Shown here piece after piece: positions 55,748 to 64,000 of a DNA stretch of 64,000 bases. The stretch comes from Octopus vulgaris (taxonomy: Eukaryota). The notes under the pieces were generated by a model. The model was given only the letters and a program-made list of their open reading frames with translations, searched no databases and had not been told where the DNA came from. The stretch is from the NCBI GenBank assembly GCA_951406725.2, contig OX597816.1, positions 165,230,001-165,294,000 on the forward strand. The letters run 5' to 3'. The position numbers were made by a program, and so were the translations under genes. Position 1 is the first letter of the stretch, and each line of letters opens with the position of its first letter.

Positions 55748-56125
55748 ACTCTTTTACTTGTTTCAGTCATTTGACTGCGGCCATGCTGGAGCACCACCTT
55801 TAGTTGAGCAAATCAACCCCAGGACTTATTCTCTGTAAGCCTAGTACTTATTCTATCGGTCTCTTTTGCCAAACCACTAAGTTACGGGGATGTAAACACA
55901 CCAGCATTGGTTGTCAAGCAATGTTGGGGGGGACTAACACAGACACACAAACACCTACATATATACAACGGGCTTCTTTCAGTTTCTGTCTACCAAATCC
56001 ACTCACAAGGCTTTGGTCAGCCCGACGCTATTGTAGAAGACACTTGCCCAAGGTGTCACGCAGTGGGACTGAACCCAGACCCATGTGGTTGGTGAGCAAG
56101 CTACTTACCATATAGCCACTCCTGT
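55748..56125 (-). mobile_element. OR-like CORE SINE, full length
   Basis: Reverse complement of the family; further partial copies near 5361, 10450, 15705, 17820, 21650, 37850, 53955, 57030, 58350 and 63550. Confidence 0.9.
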
Positions 56126-58189
56126 GCTTGCATGGATCAGAAGGAATTTGTTGTGGCAATTGTCTATGGCCAGCTGCCCTTCTTGTAGTCACCCCTCACT
56201 TTCAGAGAGTGATAGATAATAGATAGATAGACATGCACACATACACTGGATTGAACCCAAATCCACATGGATGGGAAGTAAGCTTCATAACCACAGAGCC
56301 ACACAAATGCCCAAAATTACTGTTAACTTCAGAAAGTAGTTTTATATTCCCCAATCTATCTTTTTGGTGAAGAATAAGTCATGAACCAATGGCGCTTAGA
56401 GAGGAAATACAAATTTGGTGGTGGATAATTAGCATCATTACAAGAACGACCATGAAATTTAATTTACACCATTAAAAGGTTAAGTTATATTTAAACTAAT
56501 TTTTATTAATGACTGTCATACAGTAACGCTCATACACAGTTAACCATCGTTGACGACACCACCACCACCACTGTCATCACTGTTTCCTGTCCACTTTCCA
56601 TGTCAGTATGGGTTGGACAGGGTGTCCAATGAGTTGGACGACAATTTCTAGCACCGATGTCTTAGTTTTGGTATTGTTTCTGTGGCTGGATGCTCTTCCT
56701 AATGCCAAATGCTTTACAAAGGATACTGGGTGCTTTTACTTTTTTGTGGTCCCAGCACCAACATTAGAGCAAGTGAAGCAGCCATATACACCTATGTTCT
56801 TAGCACTATACTGGTAGCTTTTGCATCATACCATTTCCATCGTAGTTCCAACGTTACGTATGATGTAATTAGTAACAGATACCCATTAAAGAAAACAGCT
56901 GTTAAAGTCATTGACATTAAATATAACTCTCATAGAAGCAGCTCTATAATGAATTTAATTAATTCAGCCGGGTGTTTGTGTGTAGGCATGTGTGTGGGCT
57001 TTCATAGGTGTATATCTTCTTTCTTTTAGTTACTTAAGTCATTAGACTGCGGCCATGCTGGGGCATCACCTCGAAGAATTTTTACTAAAATGAATTGTAC
57101 TTATTTTTCTAAAAATATTTATGAAAAGCACTTTCGTTAAAGCTTGGTACATATTTAATGCTCTTAATTGTCAAACTGCTAAGTTACTGGGGATGTGAAC
57201 GCATCAACACCAGTTGGCAAACGGCAACAGAGGCCAAACGCACACATAGAATCACCTTCTTTCAGTTTCCATCTACTAAAACCATTGGCAAGGTTTTGGT
57301 CAAACCAGAGCTATAGCAGAAGACACTTGCTCAAAGTGCCATGCAGTGGGTCTGAACCAGGAACTGTGTGGTTGGGAAACAAGCCTTTTACACATAGCCA
57401 CGCTGGCACCTAGCCATATAGATATATATTTTGAAAGGTAGATAAACAAGTAAAAAGATAGTTAGATAGAGGAAACTGGAAAATTAATTAATTCATATGC
57501 TCATGTGTGTTTGTATGTGTGTATTGAAAGATAGATAGATAGATAGATAAAAAGATAACTATTATAGTTCAGAAAGTTCTATGATACTTATGGAGTTAGC
57601 TTCAGAGAAATCAATATCTCTTAATGATAGACAGGCAAATATCATTAACGAGTGTTAACGAGCAGATAAACAAACAGATCACTATCCGAGGTAGATAGAG
57701 TTTCCTTGTAATTGCAAGTTACAGGGAAATATTAACTAAGAATAATAATATTCAGAGACTATGAGAATTTAAATAAATCCTCTTGCTTAACCAAAGCCAA
57801 CATAGAAAAACAACAACAACAACAAAAAAAAAAACATGTTTCAGTGAATGAATGGCAATCATTCCCATGAGCACCCACAGACAGTCAAGAAGCAGAATAA
57901 TTAATGTGCTAATTTTAACGAATAAAAGTAAAAAAAAGAAAAATGAAACCTTACACTCATACTTATATGAAAGTAAACTACTTCAATTTTAAACTATTAG
58001 GTACTGGTGTGGCTGTGTGATAACAAGCTTGTTTTCAAAGCACATGGTTGCTGCCCAGTTTTTAGTTTCTTTCTGTGATGAGGGTTCATTTGGGACCTTG
58101 GCCAGCAGGGAGTCAAGCTGTTTCTTGAAAACATCTATCCCTACTCCTACCACACAGCTACTCCTGCACCTATCTATATATATATATAT

Positions 58190-58220
<31 letters not shown>

Positions 58221-58283
58221 CATACATATATACATACATACATACATATATACATACATATATACATACATACATACATATAG

Positions 58284-58314
<31 letters not shown>

Positions 58315-58509
58315 GATAGATATATATATATATAACACACACACACACATATATGTATATACAACAGGCTTCATTCAGTTTCCTTCTACCAAATCCACTC
58401 AAAAGGCTCGAGGTTATAGTAGAAGACTCTTGCCCAAGCTGCCACATAGTGGGACTGAACACAGAACCATGTGGTTGGGAAGCATCTTACCACACAGCCT
58501 CTCCTGCAC

Positions 58510-58578
<69 letters not shown>

Positions 58579-58582
58579 AACA

Positions 58583-58638
<56 letters not shown>

Positions 58639-59650
58639 AACAACTACATACAATAATTTTGGTTCCACTTATTAAGCTCAATAAATTTCCTACTGTAATT
58701 AAACACAATTAAAATAACAAAATGAAGATATTTGGAATTACAAAGTTATTATAAATTAATTTTTTCTCCGCTTCATTATTTTCTACATCAGATACCCCAT
58801 GTTTTATTTTTATTATACTCAGCAATTACAAAATTATGCATATTAATAATTGTAATCATTATCCTCATCTAACATCTGTTTTCCATGCTGGCATGGGTTG
58901 AACAGTTTAGCAAGAGCTGCACCAGGTTCTAGTTGTGTGCATTGGTATGGATTCTACAGCTGGATACTCTTCCTAAAGCCAAACACTTTACAGAGTGTAC
59001 TGGATGCTTTTTACCTAGCACCAGCACCAACAGGGTCACCAAGTGACTTGCATAACAAAATTGAACCTGGAACCATGTGGTTAGGAAACAGACTTCTTAC
59101 CACAGAAGTAAATTTATTTGTTCAAAAATGCCAGAAAAAAAAGAAGAAAAAAAGTTTCAAGAAACCACTATAATAGTGAATAAACACAGATATTTTTTTA
59201 TTCTTTGTGGTTAGTTACACTTGAGGAAGTGTGAAAGAGGCAAAATAGGTGAGGGGGAACATTGGATAAAAGAAATTTTACTGTCTGAGGTCAACGTTGA
59301 ATCACTGTGAATCAAAGAAGAAGGAAGAGGAAGAGAAGAAATTTAAAAGGAGAAGCACATTTGCATTGTCAATTAGATTGTGGTTAGTGTCAGAATGTAG
59401 GAAACTAGAGAGTGAGAAGTATAGGGTGGCCTATAAAAGAGATGTTTCAAACACCATCTGTAAGTACTAGACATATTGGGAAATATAATAAACAAGAGAG
59501 AGAGAGAGGGGGGGAGAGAGCCAGAGTGGAGGAGAGGGAAGAGAAGATAGAGAGAGATGCAAAGAGTCAGGAGATTCACAATTAAATGGTAGCTGAGTAA
59601 AAGGTCAAGAGCAGAAACAATGACGTCTTGGACACAAAGTACTACACTTA

Positions 59651-59697
<47 letters not shown>

Positions 59698-60200
59698 TGT
59701 GTGTGCGAATGAGAGAGAGAGAGGGAGGTATCGAAATTATTTTTCACACACATTTATTCATAAGGAAACTCACTCTTATACATAAAGAAAAAGAGAAAAT
59801 AAGGTTAAAAATCTAAGAACTTCCCTTCCTTTGTTCAACTGAAGGAACAGTGTGAATGGCTTAAGTCTTTTGCTAATAGATGAAATGATGGTTTTCACTA
59901 AACAATTCTTTGCAGTTTAAAAAGCTAAGAAAACATTAACAGAGCAGGAAGGGCAATGACCCAAACATGCTCCCACTTGGATCATGATGACCCATCCAAC
60001 CTATACTGGCAAGGAAAATGAGTATAAAATAATGATGGTGACTGTGGCCATGTAGTTAAGAAGTTCATTTTGCAATAATGTAATTCTAGGTTCAATCTCA
60101 CATCACAGTAACTCAGGTAGAAGTACAAGCTTGGCCAAATGTCGTGAATGGGTCTGAAATTTTAATAAACTTTTTTAATTACTTTCTTTTTGATTTTTCA

Positions 60201-60374
<174 letters not shown>

Positions 60375-60485
60375 TTACAATAAATTAACGAGTGACAAGA
60401 GAACATGTAATAAAACAGAGTAGCTGTGGTGCAACTGTAATAAACAAAAAAAAAAAGATACAAAGAAACAAAAATCAACGTTATA

Positions 60486-60890
60486 GGCGCAGGAGTGGCT
60501 GTGTGGTAAGTAGCTTGCTAACCAACCACATGGTTCCGGGTTCAGTCCCACTGAGTGGCATCTTGGGCAAGTGTCTTCTGCTATAGCCCCGGGCCGACCA
60601 ATGCCATGTGAGTGGATTTGGTAGACGGAAACTGAAAGAAGCCTGTCGTATATATGTATATATATATATGTGTGTGTATGTGTTTGTGTGTCTGTGTTTG
60701 TCCCCCTAGCATTGCATGACAACCGATGCTAGTGTGTTTATGTCCCCGTCACTTAGCGGTTCGGCAAAAGAGACCGATAGAATAAGTACTGGGCTTACAA
60801 CGAATAAGTCCTGGGGTCGATTTGCTCGATTAAAGGCGGTGCTCCAGCATGGCCGCAGTCAAATGACTGAAACAAATAAAAGAATAAAAG
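60486..60890 (+). mobile_element. OR-like CORE SINE, full length
   Basis: GGCGCAGGAGTGGCTGTGTGG head, GGTTCAGTCCC B box, CORE-like block, AATAAAAG tail. Confidence 0.92.
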
Positions 60891-61233
60891 AAAGAATTAC
60901 CTTCATTAAACTCAAAAGGTGCAATCTTTGAGAAAATAGAACAAGAAGATTACTTTTCCATACTTAACCATAAGGGGTCTAAGATCATGAACTTGTGAGG
61001 ACAATAATACATGGTAATGTTCATGCCATTCATAAGGGTGCAGCTGTAGCTGTGTGGTAAGAAGCTTGCTTCCCAACAACATGGTTTTGGGTTCAGTCCC
61101 ACTTCCATGGCACCTTGGGAAAGTGTCCACTATTATAGCCCTGACCCATGCCAGCATGGACAATGGACATTAAATGATTATGATGATGAATAACATTTAC
61201 AACAGTCATGTAATGTCAAATGTTTTGGTTATT

Positions 61234-61625
61234 GCCTCCATGAGGCTCAACACTCGAAAGGAACTCAGCCATTTTGCCTCTGTGAGGCCCAATGCTCAAA
61301 AGGAACTCAGCCACCTTGCCTCCATGAAACCCAATGCTCAAAAAGAACTGTCACTTTGCTTCTGTGAGGCCCAACGCTCGAAAGGAACTCAGCTACCTTG
61401 CCTCTGTGAGGCCCATCACTTGAAAGGAACTCAGCCACCTTGCCTCCATGAGACCCAATGCTCAAAAAGAACTCAACCACTTTGCTTCTGTGAGGCCCAA
61501 TGCTCGAAAGGAACTCAGCCACCTTGTCTCTGTGAGGCCTAATGCTCGAAAAGAACTCAGCCACCTTGCCTCTGTGAGGCCCAATGCTCGAAAAGACCTC
61601 AGCCGCCTTGCCTCCGTGAGACCCA
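61234..61625. repeat. ~41-42-bp minisatellite, about 9 units (GCCTCTGTGAGGCCCAATGCTCGAAAGGAACTCAGCCACCTT)
   Basis: Seen directly; gives the LASVRPNARKELSH repeats in the ORF track. Confidence 0.93.
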
Positions 61626-62094
61626 ATTTATCACAATATTCTGCAAGAACATGTCTGGCCAATGGGGAAATATTACTTTGCTTGGAAACAGATAAGGATT
61701 AGCAAGGATGCAAGGGCATCCAAGCATTAAAAAAAAATCAGCCTCAATAAACTCCATCCAACCCATGCAAACATTGAAAAATGAATGTTTAAACTATTAT
61801 GATGGTGAATAATAATTGATTATGTATATGAAAAAATAGTGACTTCAGTTAGTAGCAATGGAAACTAGGTCATCAATTCTGTCAGCTAGAAATGTCAGAA
61901 AAGGCCAGCCAATGAGAATCAATAAATACTTAACATATAAGTTGAGCATGCCTGTGTGATTAAAAATCTTATTTTGCATCCATGTGGTCTTGGGTTCAGT
62001 CATACTGTGCAACACCTTGGTTTTTGGGATTGTACAAGGGAGATGGAAAATGTGTAGAAGCCCATCACACACCATATATATATATATATATATA

Positions 62095-62482
62095 TATTAT
62101 ATAAAATCCGTTCTGTCTGTCTGTGTGTGTGTCTTCTAGGATCTAGGGCATCCTCCATCCGATTGCACTCAAATTTGATATGTAGATACTGACGGTATTA
62201 GGGCGTGTATAAGTCTTGAAAAAATTACAAAAATCGATTCCAGGTGAGAATGCAATCGATAAAGCCGTGGGAATATGCATTTGTACATGCAAGTACACTA
62301 GCTGTTGTGATCAATACTACGAGTACATGAGAAAAATGCATGTGCAGTTTGTGCAAAAAAAGCTGGCTGGCTTGAAATAATGCCACAACATGGGACGGTC
62401 GTACAAGTTGTTTTGAGAAAATTTGGTTTAAATGTTTGACAACTCAGCACCGTCCATCATTGGACGGGAGGGCGTTTCGGTT
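62095..62482 (+). mobile_element. Helitron/Helentron-like (DINE-1-like) non-autonomous element
   Basis: (CTGT)n near the 5' end, CCGATT..AAATTTG block, 3' hairpin CCGTCCA-TCAT-TGGACGG; inserted in (TA)n. Confidence 0.45.
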
Positions 62483-62529
62483 GTATGTATATATATATAT
62501 ATATATATATGCTTTATTAATTTTGGAAA

Positions 62530-62565
62530 CTGTCTGATGAATGGGAATGTGAAACTGAGTAACAG
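62530..62565 (+). ncRNA. Minimal type I hammerhead motif
   Basis: CUGU-CUGAUGA-AUGGGAAUGU-GAAA-CUGA-GUA-ACAG; weak stem II. Confidence 0.5.
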
Positions 62566-62697
62566 CTTTTGTGATATTTTTGCTTTTTAATAAAGCATAT
62601 TACTCTACCTTTGATATTCAAGTACAATTTTTTTCCACCTCGTTTCACATTTATGAGCTTACTCTGGTGTGTGTATATATATATACATATATATATA

Positions 62698-63497
62698 TAT
62701 AATTTCAACAATTGAGGGTAAAATTAATTAATTAATCAATTCCACCAAGTGTTCAGTATGCAAAGGGACCATTTAAGGCGAATTCAAATTATTACATTAT
62801 ATAAAAGGGCTTAGTAAAATAAATTACTTTGCCGCATACTGAACTCATTAGAAATAGCAGCCAAAAAAAACTTTTTAAAAACTATTTCCAATACTTAAAG
62901 AAAATCTCTCTCAAATAGTGCTTGTTCAATTCAACTCACGAAAGTATGAGGGTAGAAACATTAAAAAATCAAATGCAAAGGTTATTTGAGAACGTACGTT
63001 TCAAGATTAGTCAAACTCGACACTTCTATCATCAGCTCAGAACTCCCTGGTTTGGATTTGAAAACACTGAAAGCAGGAGCATACCTATTCGGTTTCCCAT
63101 CGTCTCCGAAGATCTACTCGCAACTAACAGTGCCAACGAATTCAAATATGCAAGCGAAGAATTTCTGCTCTTCCCCTTCCACCAGCGTGGGTTAAAATCA
63201 GCAAACAACATGCTTTTTTTCGGTAAAATCCGAGGCATTAAATAGAGAAAGATGAATTATAATTTCAACAATTGAGGGTAAAATTAATTAATTAATCAAT
63301 TTCACCACGTTCTCAAATAACCTTTGCATTTGATTTTTTAATGTTTCTACCCTCATACTTTCGTGAGTTGAATTGAACAAGCACTATTTGAGAGAGATTT
63401 TCTTTAAGTATTGGAAATAGTTTTTAAAAAGTTTTTTTGGCTGCTATTTCTAATGAGTTCAGTATGCGGCAAAGTAATTTATTTTACTAAGCCCTTT

Positions 63498-63503
<6 letters not shown>
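62698..63503 (-). mobile_element. Penelope-like element relic (pLTR plus inverted partial pLTR)
   Basis: Near-perfect ~198-bp inverted repeat (62797-62995 vs 63308-63503), ~50-bp direct repeat (62698-62747 vs 63259-63308), hammerhead at the arm junction, flanked by (TA)n. Confidence 0.75.
62987..63039 (-). ncRNA. Type I hammerhead motif inside a Penelope-like element
   Basis: UGAG-CUGAUGA-UAGAAGUGUC GAGUUU GACUAAUCUU-GAAA-CGUAC-GUU-CUCA. Confidence 0.65.
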
Positions 63504-63556
<53 letters not shown>

Positions 63557-63916
63557 GGGGGGGGTCTTTGCATTTGTCTTTAACCATCACTTGGCAGCTG
63601 GTGTTGGTTTGTTTACATCACTGATCACTGTAACTTAGTGATTCAGCAAAAGAGACCAACACTGAATAAGCTCAAGGCTTAAAAAAAATAAGCACTGGGG
63701 CGGATTTGTTTGACTAAACTATTCAAAGTAGTGACCCAGCATGGCTGCAGTCCAATGACTGAAGTAAGTAAAAGATAAAAGGCAGAGTGTGTGTGTGGTA
63801 TACATGAGAGAGAAAGAGAGAAAAAAAAAAAGGAACAATACAAAATAGTTGTCATGACACAAGGTGAGTGAGAATAAATTTTATTTATGGGGTCAGGAGT
63901 AAAAGTGAAAACTTAC

Positions 63917-64000
63917 CAAGCTTGCAGAGCACAAATAGGGTCAATTTCAGTAACCATCACTACACAGCCCATACCCTTCAGAGCTTGAGCACAACCTTTC
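63917..64000 (-). CDS. AHCYL1: AHCYL1/IRBIT-like protein, coding exon (5' part outside window): KGCAQALKGMGCVVMVTEIDPICALQA(C)
   Basis: Manual reverse-complement translation matches the SAHH NAD-binding domain motif GKGC..ALK..G..V.VTEIDPICALQAC; GTAAGT donor at 63916-63911, phase 2. Confidence 0.96.

Noticed and set aside
55829-55837. METTL16 nonamer TACAGAGAA on the gene strand (SAM-sensing analogy with MAT2A)
   Set aside because: Lies in an intronic SINE as a one-base variant of the family sequence, with no hairpin context.
61234-61625. Minisatellite as a CRISPR array or tandem hammerheads (CTGTGAGGC..GCTCGAAA..CTC)
   Set aside because: No unique spacers or cas genes, and the context is eukaryotic; the core lacks A6 and stem I does not pair.
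62922-63245. 107-aa ORF as a host gene
   Set aside because: Lies inside the Penelope-like inverted-repeat unit, antisense to its hammerhead; no recognisable domain.

Overview
AT-rich, microsatellite- and SINE-dense eukaryotic DNA; the repeat families suggest a coleoid cephalopod, probably Octopus (inference). The one confidently identifiable gene is on the minus strand: the last eight coding exons of an S-adenosylhomocysteine hydrolase-like gene (AHCYL1/IRBIT type), reconstructed by hand with GT-AG introns and consistent phases from 64000 down to a 7-nt terminal coding exon at 30791-30797. None of these exons is in the supplied ORF track. Downstream is a SINE-poor ~9 kb segment (about 21.9-30.8 kb) that may be a long 3' UTR and is rich in fold-back structures. 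The remainder is tRNA-derived SINEs, R4-clade/RTE/Tx1 LINE remnants, mariner relics, non-autonomous Helitrons, hAT/piggyBac/pogo MITEs and simple repeats. Most notable: (i) about ten type I hammerhead-ribozyme motifs with palindromic stem III, mostly in Penelope-like inverted-repeat relics; (ii) a diverged fold-back of 0.5 kb, possibly up to 2.5 kb, centred near 25100; (iii) fold-backs with strand-biased G.U mismatches; (iv) a splice donor that doubles as a stop codon. Most ORF-track entries are microsatellite or SINE artefacts.
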